Source: Gemmatimonadales bacterium (GTDB lineage: Bacteria > Gemmatimonadota > Gemmatimonadetes > Gemmatimonadales > GWC2-71-9). Taken from it: DNA of 64,000 nucleotides. The stretch is from assembly GCA_037189525.1 (NCBI GenBank), contig JBBCJC010000002.1, positions 1,216,001 through 1,280,000 on the forward strand, written 5' to 3'. Under the pieces are notes generated by a model. That model did not search any database. It saw only the letters and a list, made by a program, of their open reading frames with translations, and was not told where the DNA came from. This document shows positions 27,232 through 37,200 of this stretch, in pieces. The translations under genes were made by a program, and so were the position numbers. Each line of letters opens with the position of its first letter. Position 1 is the first letter of the stretch.

Positions 27232-27261
27232 CATATATTGATAATATATTATCAGTATATG
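27232..27261. promoter_or_regulatory. Fur/Zur-like operator G, 30-bp palindrome CATATATTGATAATATATTATCAGTATATG
   Basis: One mismatched pair; perfect core TGATAAT-AT-ATTATCA; about 110 bp upstream of the oxidoreductase. Confidence 0.75.
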
Positions 27262-27765
27262 TTCAAGGTTCGTGCAGGATATGACGAGCGCCCGCTGGAC
27301 ATGACGGACGCTCGGAAATGCGGGATGGAGCAGGCCATGTAGGAATTGAAATCGGTCGCCCGGCTGCCCTCGTCGGTCCGACGGACAGCGGCAGCGTTCC
27401 CAAAATGTCCAACGGACCACGACGAACAACCCCGGATGAATTCTGTATCTTCGGCAATTCGCCTAATCAGTTCATGAAGGAATCGTAATCAAAAATTACT
27501 CTTTGTACTCGATACGCAGTGCGTAGCTGTCGAGTCGGCGCGACAGGTACAGCGAGACTATGGGCAAATTTCAGATGACGGCTGCCAAGAGGCTAGGGCC
27601 ATTCGGCCCTATATGCCGAATGGCGTCTGCGCAGCGCGGGACGCAACATCCCATGTCGCCACAACGACTTGCCGCCGCCAACCGCGCACGACACTCTCTT
27701 CATTGCCATCGGGCACGAGACGTGCTTTTCAGTTCGCCAACCTCGGCGATGGAGTGGTGGCGTTC

Positions 27766-28209
27766 ATGAAGTCGAATAATGTGGTAGCCCGATATCGTGA
27801 CGGTCGGATTCTCAAGGGGTCGAGCCTCAATATCGATCCCAACCGGCCGACCTTTCACCTTCGGACGGAGGATGATGGCGTCAAGATCCTCATGCTGCGC
27901 GAGCTGAAGGCGCTCTTCGTCGTAAAGGATCCGAACGGCAACGCAATGTTTGAGGAATCGTTCGACCCGACGCCTGGGGACGTTCGACTGCTTGGATCGA
28001 TCACGATCGCCGTGCACTTCGAGGATGGCGAAACGATCGTGGGAATGAGCCGCAGCTATCCACCGGTCGCATCGTCATTTTTCTTCATGGTGCCGATCGA
28101 TCCGAAAAGCAATAACATTCGAATCCTCGTCAACCTCGAGGCAGTGAAGGGCGTCGATCGCGTCGAGGTGGATGCACCGCCCGTTGCTCGGGCGGTGGGC
28201 AGTTCCTAG
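27766..28209 (+). CDS. Hypothetical protein (DUF6982-like, duplicated small beta domain)
   Basis: VVARYRDGRILKG..ELKALFVVKD / VHFEDGETIVG..FFMVPIDPKSNNIRI; GGAG RBS. Confidence 0.7.
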   Translation: MKSNNVVARYRDGRILKGSSLNIDPNRPTFHLRTEDDGVKILMLRELKALFVVKDPNGNAMFEESFDPTPGDVRLLGSITIAVHFEDGETIVGMSRSYPPVASSFFFMVPIDPKSNNIRILVNLEAVKGVDRVEVDAPPVARAVGSS

Positions 28210-28356
28210 CCGCCGTCTATCATTCGGTGGGCGGGTGCAGGGCGCACCGTCGGATGTGATAGGTTGTGGGTGCCCAGCGGTCCGAGCTTGCGCGGCGCCC
28301 GGCAGCGTCCGGTTACCATAGGACGCTGCCGGACCTTCGGGGCTATGATAAGTCGG

Positions 28357-28587
28357 TCAGCAGCAGGAGCAGCTGGGACCGTGGCAGTCTCCCGTGTCCA
28401 TTCCCTGATCCGCCGCCGGCGCCGCCGCCCGCTTGGCGACGAGCGGACCTAGACCGCCGGTAATCACGCGCCGAATCGGGCGTCCGGTGTCCGGGTGCGT
28501 CTCGTACGGCGGCTCGCTGATCGCCTGCCGCAGTTCGAACACTTCGTCCGTGTCCTGATCGGCCGGAACGTAGAGGTAGGTCGGCAT
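28357..28587 (-). CDS. FmdB-like zinc-ribbon protein lacking both CxxC pairs; Cys-rich tail
   Basis: MPTY.Y..FE.RQ..S..P..HPDTG..IRRVI; tail CHGPSCSCC; coupled to the dipeptidase stop codon. Confidence 0.75.
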   Translation of the reverse strand: MPTYLYVPADQDTDEVFELRQAISEPPYETHPDTGRPIRRVITGGLGPLVAKRAAAPAADQGMDTGDCHGPSCSCC

Positions 28588-29849
28588 CAGGCTTTTCCGT
28601 CCAGCTGTCGAAGGGTCTTGGTTGACGGCGGACGCTCCTTCTGCAGGCGTGCCGCCACCCGCTCGGCCTGTTCCAACGCGCGCAGGATGTTCTCACCGGC
28701 CAGCTTGCGGAGGTCATCCTCGCTCCAGCCACGCCGCGCCAGCTCCGCAAACAGGGCTGGGTAGGTCGAGACGTCTTCCAGCCCCTCGATGACCGTGCTG
28801 ATCCCGTCGAAGTCGCCGCCGATCCCGATGTTGTCGACGCTCGCGATTTTGCGGATGTGTTCGATATGATCGGCGACATTCGCCAGGGTGACCCGCGGCC
28901 GCGGGTTCTTGGCTTCCCATTCCGCCAGCGCGCGGTGCTGGGCCGCGGTGTCGCTCGGGAAGCGGCGGCGGAACTCGACCGTGTTGCCCGCCCGCTGCGC
29001 GTTCCAGGTCGCGTACGCCTGCGACGTGAACATGTCGACGAACGTCACCATGATGACGCCGCCGTTGGCCGGCAGCTTGGCAAGGATCGAGTCGGGCACG
29101 TTGCGCGGCACGTCGGCCAGCTGCCGGGCGTTGGAGTGCGAGAACATGACCGGCGCTTCGCTGACCCGCAGCGCGTCGCTCATCGTACCCGCTGAAACAT
29201 GCGAGAGGTCGACCAGCATGCCCAGCCGGTTCATTTCGCGAATCACTTCCTCGCCGAATCGCGTCAGGCCGTTGTGGCGCATCGGGCCATTGTTGGCGTC
29301 GGCCCAGTCGAGCGTCACGTTGTGCGTCAGCGTCATGTAGCGGGCGCCCAGCGTGTAGTACGCCCGGAGCGCGCCAAGCGAGTTCTCGATCGCGTGGCCG
29401 CCCTCCATACCGAGCAGCGAGCCGATCCGTCCGGCCGCGAACGCCTGCCGCATGCAGAGGGCCGTCTCGCAATACTGCAGCACATCGGGATACTTCTCGA
29501 TGATCCGGCGCCCGATGTCGATCTGCTCGAGCTGGACCCGCGCGTAGCCCGAGTCGCCGATTTCGCCCGGGATGTAGACCGACCAGAACTGCCCGCCGAG
29601 CATGCCCTTCCGGAGCCGCGCGATGTCGGTGTGTCCCGGCGCCGTTTTGCGGATGTCGTATGCCTCGACGTCGCGCGTCATGGTGGGGTGCTCGCGGATC
29701 GCCCAGGGCAGATCGTTATGGCCGTCGATCAGGGGCGTCGTGCTGAGCACCCGGCGGGCCAGCTCGCGGTGCGCCTCGGTGACCTGCGCCGTGGCGAACG
29801 AGGCAGGCACCAGCGTGCCGAGCATGAGGAGCGAGAGGGGAACACGCAT
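28587..29849 (-). CDS. Membrane dipeptidase (peptidase M19)
   Basis: IDGHNDLPW, GGQFWSVY, GMEGGH, MTLTHN, DLSHVS, FSHS, GGDFDG. Confidence 0.95.
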   Translation of the reverse strand: MRVPLSLLMLGTLVPASFATAQVTEAHRELARRVLSTTPLIDGHNDLPWAIREHPTMTRDVEAYDIRKTAPGHTDIARLRKGMLGGQFWSVYIPGEIGDSGYARVQLEQIDIGRRIIEKYPDVLQYCETALCMRQAFAAGRIGSLLGMEGGHAIENSLGALRAYYTLGARYMTLTHNVTLDWADANNGPMRHNGLTRFGEEVIREMNRLGMLVDLSHVSAGTMSDALRVSEAPVMFSHSNARQLADVPRNVPDSILAKLPANGGVIMVTFVDMFTSQAYATWNAQRAGNTVEFRRRFPSDTAAQHRALAEWEAKNPRPRVTLANVADHIEHIRKIASVDNIGIGGDFDGISTVIEGLEDVSTYPALFAELARRGWSEDDLRKLAGENILRALEQAERVAARLQKERPPSTKTLRQLDGKA

Positions 29850-30045
29850 CAGGACCTCGGAATGGCGGAGACGGACGACGGAGAACAGAGATAATCTAGC
29901 TCGCCCGGCCGGCTCCTCGGAACCGACGGCCAGGGACGGTACTGGCGAAAGGACAGGGGGCAACGAGGCAGCAGGGGGCGCGGGGGCCTGAGCCGCCCGC
30001 GCCCGGCGCCGTTCACGAGGATCGGCGCCGGGCGGCAGCGGACGG

Positions 30046-31620
30046 TCAGTGGCGGTTCAGAACCTGCCCGGGCCGAGTGGCGGTGGTTCGGCCGTTCTCG
30101 AAGGCGACGGCGCCGTTGACGACTACGTAGCTCATGCCCTCGGAGATCTGGTGCGGCTGCTGATAGGTGGCGAGTTCGCGCACCGCGTCCAGGTCGAAGA
30201 TCGCGAGGTCGGCCTTGGCGCCGACCCGGATCTGGCCCCGATCGGACATCCGGAATACCGCGGCCGGAAGGGACGTCATGCTGCGAACGGCCTCTTCCAG
30301 GCTCAACACCTTCCGCTCCTTGACGTACAGGCGGAGCTTGCGGGGAAAGGTGCCGTAGGCGCGCGGATGGGGCACGCCCTCGCCCATGCGGACCAAGCCA
30401 CCGTCCGACGACGTGATGGTCCAAGGCTGCTTCATGAACGCGGCAATGTCATCCTCGATCATGTTGAAGGAGACCACACCGGAGCCGCCCGCCTTCAGGA
30501 TGGCGATCGCGGTCTCGACCGCGTCGGTGCCGCGCGCCGTGGCAATCTGCTGGAGCGTCTTGCCCTCGAGCGACGGATCGGCCTGATGCCGGCTCATCAT
30601 CAGCCGGTCGGCGCCCCCGCGCCGCGCCAGATTCACCCGCATCTCGGCGCGCAGGCGCTCGCGGTCCTTGGGGTCGTCGAAGCGCCGCCGCATGGCGCTG
30701 TCGCCGCCGACCTGGGCCCATCGCGGTACCAGCGCGGCGGACAATCCCGTGCTCGATGCATCCCAAGGGTACTGGTCGGCGAAAACTTCGACTCCGCGCG
30801 CGCGGGCCTGTTCGATCCGGTTGATCGCCGCCATCGAGAAGCCCCAGACATTGGGGCCGAGTGCTTTGATGTGGGTGACGATGCCGGGAAGCTTGGCCGT
30901 CTCCGCGATCTGGATGACCTCCTCGATCGCACCCAGCACACCGACCGAGTAGTCGCTTTCGTCGCGAATGTGGCTGCTGTAGACGCCCCGATGCTCCGCC
31001 GCGATCGTGGCGAGCGCGACCAGTTCGTCCGTCTTTGCGTAGCTGCCGGGGGCGTAGTAGGGTCCGGAAGAGAGACCGAACGCGCCGGCCTCCATGCCCT
31101 GGCGGACCAGGGTTCTCATCTCCGCCAGCTCGGCTGCATTCGGCGCGACGTCGGCCATGCCCAGCACCTTGAGCCGGATCGAGCCGTGGGGCACCATCAG
31201 GGCGACGTTGACGCCGATCCCGTGGGTGGTGAGGCGCTTGCGCTGCCCCGCGAGATCGGTGGGGCCGCCGCCGTCCGGGTTGACGACGACGGTCGTGATG
31301 CCCTGCGCCAGGAGCGGCAGCCCCGCGCCGAGTTCTCGATCTTCGAGTCCGGGGCCGGCGTGGGAGTGGACGTCGATGAAGCCCGGCGTCACGTAGCGAT
31401 CCTGGGCGTCGATCACCCGGCGCGCGGTCGCTTTCGAGAGGTCGCCGATGGCGGCAATCGCATCACCGCGAATCCCGATGTCACCGCGGATCCACGGATT
31501 GCCGTTGCCGTCGAGGACACGGCCGTTCCGGATGATCAGGTCGAACGACGCCTGTTGCGCTGTTGCCGGGCCGGCGGCCAGCAGCGTGAGTAGGAGCCCG
31601 GCGACGGCGGCACGCCTCAT
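30046..31620 (-). CDS. N-acyl-D-amino-acid deacylase (amidohydrolase)
   Basis: PGFIDVHSH, GAFGLSSG..Y.PG, SHIRDE, HIK, SSDG, HPRAYGTFPR. Confidence 0.92.
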   Translation of the reverse strand: MRRAAVAGLLLTLLAAGPATAQQASFDLIIRNGRVLDGNGNPWIRGDIGIRGDAIAAIGDLSKATARRVIDAQDRYVTPGFIDVHSHAGPGLEDRELGAGLPLLAQGITTVVVNPDGGGPTDLAGQRKRLTTHGIGVNVALMVPHGSIRLKVLGMADVAPNAAELAEMRTLVRQGMEAGAFGLSSGPYYAPGSYAKTDELVALATIAAEHRGVYSSHIRDESDYSVGVLGAIEEVIQIAETAKLPGIVTHIKALGPNVWGFSMAAINRIEQARARGVEVFADQYPWDASSTGLSAALVPRWAQVGGDSAMRRRFDDPKDRERLRAEMRVNLARRGGADRLMMSRHQADPSLEGKTLQQIATARGTDAVETAIAILKAGGSGVVSFNMIEDDIAAFMKQPWTITSSDGGLVRMGEGVPHPRAYGTFPRKLRLYVKERKVLSLEEAVRSMTSLPAAVFRMSDRGQIRVGAKADLAIFDLDAVRELATYQQPHQISEGMSYVVVNGAVAFENGRTTATRPGQVLNRH

Positions 31621-32819
31621 CGCCGCCGCCCCGTTTCGATCGAGAGATTGACGAGCTCACGGAACCGCCCGATGGGGTTCGGGCCGGCAGGGGTTTGCGT
31701 GAAGACCATGGCGAATAGCTCCCGGGAAGGATCGACCCAGGCAAAGGTACCATCGGATCCGCCATGGGAGTACTGGCCTTCGGGGGTCACGGTCCAGCCG
31801 TAGCCGTAGCCCGACTGCTCACCGTCGCTGCCTGCGCCGCCGCCCATCGAGACGCCCATGTCGGTCGTCTGCCGCCGGATCCCGGCCTTGACGGTCTCTT
31901 CCTTGAGGATCCGCTTGCCGTTGTAGATGCCACCGTTCAGATACATCTGGAGGAAGATGGCGTAGTCCCACGCGGTCGAGATCATCCCGCCGGACGCGCG
32001 CACGAACGGCATGGTGGGCGGATCACCCGGCTTCCAGCCGGGAACCCACTGTCCTTCTTTGCGTTGATAGTAGACGGCGCCCATGCGTGAGAGCTTGCCG
32101 TCCAGCTTGTCGGCCGTTTCCATGTGGTAGCTGTCGACCATGCCGAGCGGCGTGTAGATCTCGTCGCGCAGGAAGACCTCGAGCGGCTTGCCCGATCGGA
32201 TCTCGATCAGCGAACCAAGCGTGTTATAGCCCGGATTGTTGTAGGCGTACGAAGTGCCTGGAGCGATGACGGCCCCGACCTCGCCGAAGCGGGCGACTTC
32301 CGACTGCAGCGTCCCAACTTTTCCGCCCGCCGGCGGGGCGAGGAAGAGCGTCGGGATCCGGAGACCGCTGGTGTGCGTCAGCAGGTGACGGATCTGAATG
32401 AAGCCGCTCCGGTAGTTGTCGAACGACGGGATGTACTGGCGCGCCAGGTCGGTATAGCGGAGCTGGCTCCGATCGGCGAGAATCCCGATGCCGGTGGCGA
32501 TGACCGGCTTGGTATTCGACGCCATCTTGAACAGCGTGTTCTTTTCCATCGGCAGGTTGGCTTCCTTGTTCCGGGAGCCGATGGCTTCATGGACGACGAC
32601 CTTCCCCTGCCGGGCAATCAGGATGACCGCGCCCACCAGGTCGCCGCGCGCGATGGATTCCCGATACAGCGCCACGGCGCCATCCAGCACTCCCGGCGAC
32701 ATGCCGACATCTTCGGGCTTGCCGACCGACAAGGTGCGGTCCTGCGCAACGACGGGGGCCGCGAGAGCCAGGAGCATGGCGGCGAGCATCGCTCGCCGCC
32801 GCAACAGATTCCGCATCAT
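31617..32819 (-). CDS. Serine hydrolase, beta-lactamase/D-Ala carboxypeptidase family
   Basis: ASNTK (SxxK), HLLTHTSG, YNN (YxN), HGG. Confidence 0.92.
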   Translation of the reverse strand: MMRNLLRRRAMLAAMLLALAAPVVAQDRTLSVGKPEDVGMSPGVLDGAVALYRESIARGDLVGAVILIARQGKVVVHEAIGSRNKEANLPMEKNTLFKMASNTKPVIATGIGILADRSQLRYTDLARQYIPSFDNYRSGFIQIRHLLTHTSGLRIPTLFLAPPAGGKVGTLQSEVARFGEVGAVIAPGTSYAYNNPGYNTLGSLIEIRSGKPLEVFLRDEIYTPLGMVDSYHMETADKLDGKLSRMGAVYYQRKEGQWVPGWKPGDPPTMPFVRASGGMISTAWDYAIFLQMYLNGGIYNGKRILKEETVKAGIRRQTTDMGVSMGGGAGSDGEQSGYGYGWTVTPEGQYSHGGSDGTFAWVDPSRELFAMVFTQTPAGPNPIGRFRELVNLSIETGRRR

Positions 32820-32852
32820 ACTGAACCTCGTGAGATGAGTCACCGTGACCGA

Positions 32853-34208
32853 TTAGGTCGCCGGCCGTTCGATGGTCGGCAGCGGGATACAGGTGGTCGG
32901 CCCATATGGTACGTCTTTGTGGTTGAAACCGTTGGGATGATCGGACCCCGGTTCCCCGAGGAACGGAATCCGGAATTCCGTATCCCGGAACCGAATATGG
33001 TCGTTGAGGCGCTGGCCGCCTTCGATGAACAGCTCGCGACGCCGCTCCTCGATCACCTGGCGGATGACCTCGGCCTGGGTGGCCGTCTCGCCCGCATCGA
33101 AGGGTGGAATCGCGGCCAGGGTATGCCGCTGGTTGATGATCGTGCGCGCCGTCGCGAGATCGCCGCTGCGCGCAGCCGCCTCGGCAATGATCAGTTGCGC
33201 TTCCTTGTACGATGCCACCAGGTGCGGCGCTGCGCGGGAGGTGATCTTGTCGTGCATGTAGTGGATCGTCACGCCGTCGCTCGCCGCCTGATTGGCGGTG
33301 GTCACGTTGACCCGCCGATCGGCTACGCCTTCCCACGTCACGTTCCGGTAGCTTGGCGCGAGCGTTGCGTCCCGCCGAGGCAGCTGGGCGCAGTTCATGG
33401 TTTCGCAGCTTTGGTTGTAGCGCCGGGTCACGGTCGCGTCGCGCGTCGCATTTTTGATGTAGCCGGACGCCACCAGCTCGGCATCGGCACGGGCCCCGGC
33501 AAAATTCCGGAGATTGAGCCGGGCGCGAGCCCGTCCCACCAGCGCCATGTTACGGAAGTCCTGGTTGCCCGCCTGCGTGGCGAGCGTAATCGCTTCGCTG
33601 AAGCGCGACTCCGCTTCCGTCAGGACCTGCCCGGGCTGCAGCAGCGGGCCGCGATCCAGCACCATCGAGCAGAATCCTTCGCCGAGTGCGATGAGCGAGT
33701 AGCCGGCGTAGGCGCGAGTCGTGGCTTTCCAGAGCGTCTTGTTGGGGAAACCGGCATCCGGCAGTGCATCGACGCGCTTGTAGATATCTTCGGCCTGGAA
33801 CCGCGCGATCTGCATCGGTGTGTAGGCGGCCAGCGCAGAGTTGCAGGAGCCTGTCAGGTTGGCATCATCCGCCATGACGCGGCGGGAGCCGAAGTTCCTG
33901 AGGGCCAGGTTGCCGGTGGCCTCGATATACTGGTCCGAGAGCAGCGCCGTCACCGTCACGTAGGTATTCCAGGCGCAGTCGAAATCCGCGACGACGCTCC
34001 GGACCAGCGTTTCCGCCAGGGCGGGATCGTTGAGGGACTCCTCCAGTACTTCGCCCGGCAGCTCGACCTTGAGGAGCTCGTCCAGGCTGCAGGAGGTCAG
34101 GCTCAGGCTGCCGAGCAGCATGGCCGCGGTCAGGCGTGCCGCGCGGCGCGGCGTTCGTCGAATCGTCATGGGAATCGGCCTCGAAGGCAAAGACGATGGG
34201 GTCGTCAT
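32853..34208 (-). CDS. RagB/SusD family outer-membrane lipoprotein
   Basis: Lipobox LTSC; ERRRELFIEGGQRLND; C-terminal PLP..E; directly after the SusC-like gene. Confidence 0.88.
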   Translation of the reverse strand: MTTPSSLPSRPIPMTIRRTPRRAARLTAAMLLGSLSLTSCSLDELLKVELPGEVLEESLNDPALAETLVRSVVADFDCAWNTYVTVTALLSDQYIEATGNLALRNFGSRRVMADDANLTGSCNSALAAYTPMQIARFQAEDIYKRVDALPDAGFPNKTLWKATTRAYAGYSLIALGEGFCSMVLDRGPLLQPGQVLTEAESRFSEAITLATQAGNQDFRNMALVGRARARLNLRNFAGARADAELVASGYIKNATRDATVTRRYNQSCETMNCAQLPRRDATLAPSYRNVTWEGVADRRVNVTTANQAASDGVTIHYMHDKITSRAAPHLVASYKEAQLIIAEAAARSGDLATARTIINQRHTLAAIPPFDAGETATQAEVIRQVIEERRRELFIEGGQRLNDHIRFRDTEFRIPFLGEPGSDHPNGFNHKDVPYGPTTCIPLPTIERPAT

Positions 34209-37200
34209 CAGAACGTCACCCGGAAGGTGCCGAGGAGCCGGCGGCTCTGTGGCCAGCCCTCTTGGTTGTAAGCGCTGAGCCCGCTGGCGTCGTTGTTGCG
34301 GATCTCGGGATCGATCAGCTCGTGGCCGAAGTCGGTCTTCTGGGCCACCCAGATGGTCCACAAGTTACGAGCCGACAGCGTGAAGGATGCCCGGCTTGCG
34401 CCGATTCGCTGGGCGAGCTGTCGCGGGAAGTTGTAGGTGGCCGAGATGTCGCGCAGCTTCGCGAAGCCGCCGTTCATGATGCCCGGCTGGCGACGGGTGT
34501 CGAGGATGTCGTACGCGAGCAGGATCGGATCGGTTCGCTCGATGATCGCCCGTGTGTTCCGGAACGACATGTGCGCGGCCCGCACGTCGCCGCTCAGGAT
34601 GGTGTGGCCCCCGACGAAATCGACCTGTCCGAAGAGCAGCAGGTTCTGGAACAGGGTGACGGACAGCGCGGCCGCGCCTTCCCAGACGGGTAGAGCATTG
34701 CCCCAGTAGACGGCTGGCGCCTCGAGACAGGGCACGGCGGGGCCGCCACCCATCGAGAAGCCGGGCGTGGTGGGTGTCACCGTTCCCGGAGTGATCGCTC
34801 CGCTTTCGCACATCATATTGGTCGCAACCGGCTGGGTGCCGCTGTCGTCGATGTCGGCCGACAGAACCCGCCGATGGAAGATGCCGGCCATCGGGAAGCC
34901 GGGCACGTGGTACTGCCCGAATCCGGCGCTGTAGACCAGGAACGGATCCTCGCCGACGGTGACGATCTTGTTCTTGTTGCGCGAGAACTTGAGGTTGAAG
35001 TCGACGCCCAGGTTCCGACTCTGGTAGGCGGTGGCATCGAAACCGATCTCGAAGCCGCGGTTCTGGACTTCACCGATGTTGAGGAACTGCGAGCCCGGGA
35101 AGCCGGCCGACGGCGCTGCAGGTATGGCAGCGATGGCATTGGTCGTCTTCTTCGAGTAGTAGGTGAACTCGAAGCTGACCCGATCGTCCAGGATGCTCAT
35201 GTCGAAGCCGGCTTCGATCTCCTCGCCGACTTCGGGTTTGAGGTCGGGATTGCCGACGTTCTGCGGCGTGAGCGTCGGCAACCCGCCGTCGCCCGTCTGC
35301 GGCGCGTAGGTTCGCACGGCGGCAAAGACGTCGGGCTGCTTGCCGGCCTTGCCCCAGGCGGCGCGCAACTTGAGGCTGTTGACGAACCGCTGGGATTGCA
35401 TGAACGGTTCTTCGCTGAGCACCCACGACGCCGCGAGCTTCGGGTAGACCACGAAATCGAAGTTCTGCCCAAACGCGCTGTTATCGTCGCCGCGTACGGC
35501 GCCGGTCAGGAAGACGCGATTCTTCCAGGACAGCTGCTGCTGGACATAGGCGCCGAAGGTTTTGTTCTCGAAGAAGTTCTCGGAGCTGGTCCGGACCGAG
35601 CCGCCGGTGACGGTTTCGAGTGCGCGGACCGGCATGTTGGTGCCCTGCGAGAGCGCGGCGTCCTGCTGCTTGCGGTAGTACTGCAAGCCGGCGGACGTCT
35701 CCGTGCCGAGAGTGTTTTTGATGGTGAAATTGGCGCTTGCCGCGTAGTCGACGCTGGCGTAGGTGGTTCGGGTGTATACCACCGTCTTGGAGCCCTGCGC
35801 CGAGGCGCCTCCGATCAGCTCGCTGCGCCGAAGCAGTTCCGAGAGCCGCTGATTGGTGAAGTCGCCGCCCACCGTGACGCGGTGGGAAAACCACGGCACC
35901 GGTCGATGGCGCGCGGTGGCCGTGAGCGTCCCGCGATCGAGGTCCTCGAAGCCTTCGACGTCGTCGGTGAAGGTTTCGGGCGGCCCGGTCAGGAACCCGC
36001 GGGTTGGGCCGTCGATGCCGTTCGGGAGACCGAGTCCCGGCTCACATCCGGGAGCCGGACATGACCAGAGGATCCGGACGGTCACGGGCTGGATCGCTCC
36101 GGGCGACTGGTACCGGCTCCGGGTGTAGCCCAGGCCGAAGTCGACTCCGAACTTCTCGTTGGGCGTGAAGGTGAGGTTGGCTCGACCACTGAGCCGGTCC
36201 TTCCAGTTGTAGCTGACGATGCCTTCGTCCCGATCCCAGTCGCCCGAGAAGAAGTAGCCGAGTGCGGGAGAACCGCCGCTCACCGTCGCCGCGTATCCCT
36301 GCTGCATACCGGTGCGGAAGAGTGCGGGCCGGGAGATCGTGTCGCCGGGGTACTCGCCCGTCACCCGCTCGCTGCGAAGAATCCGGAACTCACGGATCTC
36401 GCCCGACGCCGCCCGATAGTAGGTGGCGGGGAAGAGGTTTTCGGGATCGGGGATCCAGTTGGCGCCCTGTTTGACGGTGAGATTGACGGTCGCGGCGCCC
36501 TGCTTGCCCTTCTTGGTGATGACGTTGATCACGCCGTTCGAGGCCTCGGTGCCGTAGAGCGTGGCTGCCGCCGGCCCCTTCACGACTTCGATGCTCTCGA
36601 TGTCGTCCGGATTGAGGTCGTTGATGCGTGACGGTGCATACCGCGAATCGACACCGACGCTGCCGCCCATACCGCCCGCGTCTGCCCCGGTGTTGTTGAC
36701 GCGAACGCCGTCGATATAGAGGAGCGGGTCTGCCGCGAGACTCAAGCTGCCGGCACCTCGGATCCGAATGTTGCCGCCGGCGCCCACGTCGCCGCCTGAC
36801 GACATCACCCGGACGCCGGGGACGCCTTTGCTCAGCAGGTCCTGGATGTTCGGCGCCGGTGCGACTTCCTCGATCTGGCTGACCCGGACCCGTCCGACGG
36901 CGGTGCCCAGCGACCGCATCGCCTGCTGCTGCGGTGTTCCGGTGACGACCAGTTCGTCGAGATTCACCGCCATCTCGGTCAGCACGATGCGAATCTCGCT
37001 GTCGCCGGCGCGTACCTGGTGCTGGACGGGCCGGTATCCGATCATCGAGGCGCGCAGCGTGATTTCGCCCTCTCCGACAGCCAGGCGGAACCGTCCGCCT
37101 TCCTCCGTAAGGGCGCTGGTCGTGCCCCCGACGACGGACACCCGCGCGCCGCGGATCGGGACGGCCCGTCCGTCGACCACCGTACCGACGATGGTCCGCT

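Noticed and set aside
1305..27261. Zinc island as a mobile element
   Set aside because: No integrase, transposase, tRNA or flanking direct repeats seen; composition matches the rest of the window
27483..27501. TCGTAAT-CAAAA-ATTACTC resembling a Bacillus-type Zur half-site pair
   Set aside because: The N5 spacer fits neither canonical nor local geometry; single occurrence
27561..27646. GGGCAAA...GGGACGCAA resembling a c-di-GMP-I riboswitch
   Set aside because: Spacing far too long, no GAAA tetraloop stem, and downstream consensus missing
29976..30034. Overlapping GC hairpins between the deacylase and the dipeptidase
   Set aside because: No U-tract and nearly pure GC; could be an mRNA-stability element but not distinguishable from chance
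30049..34271. Long + strand ORFs (514 aa, 715 aa) opposite the deacylase, serine hydrolase and susD
   Set aside because: Antisense shadow ORFs typical of high-GC coding DNA; no motifs, and the opposite strand has clear families
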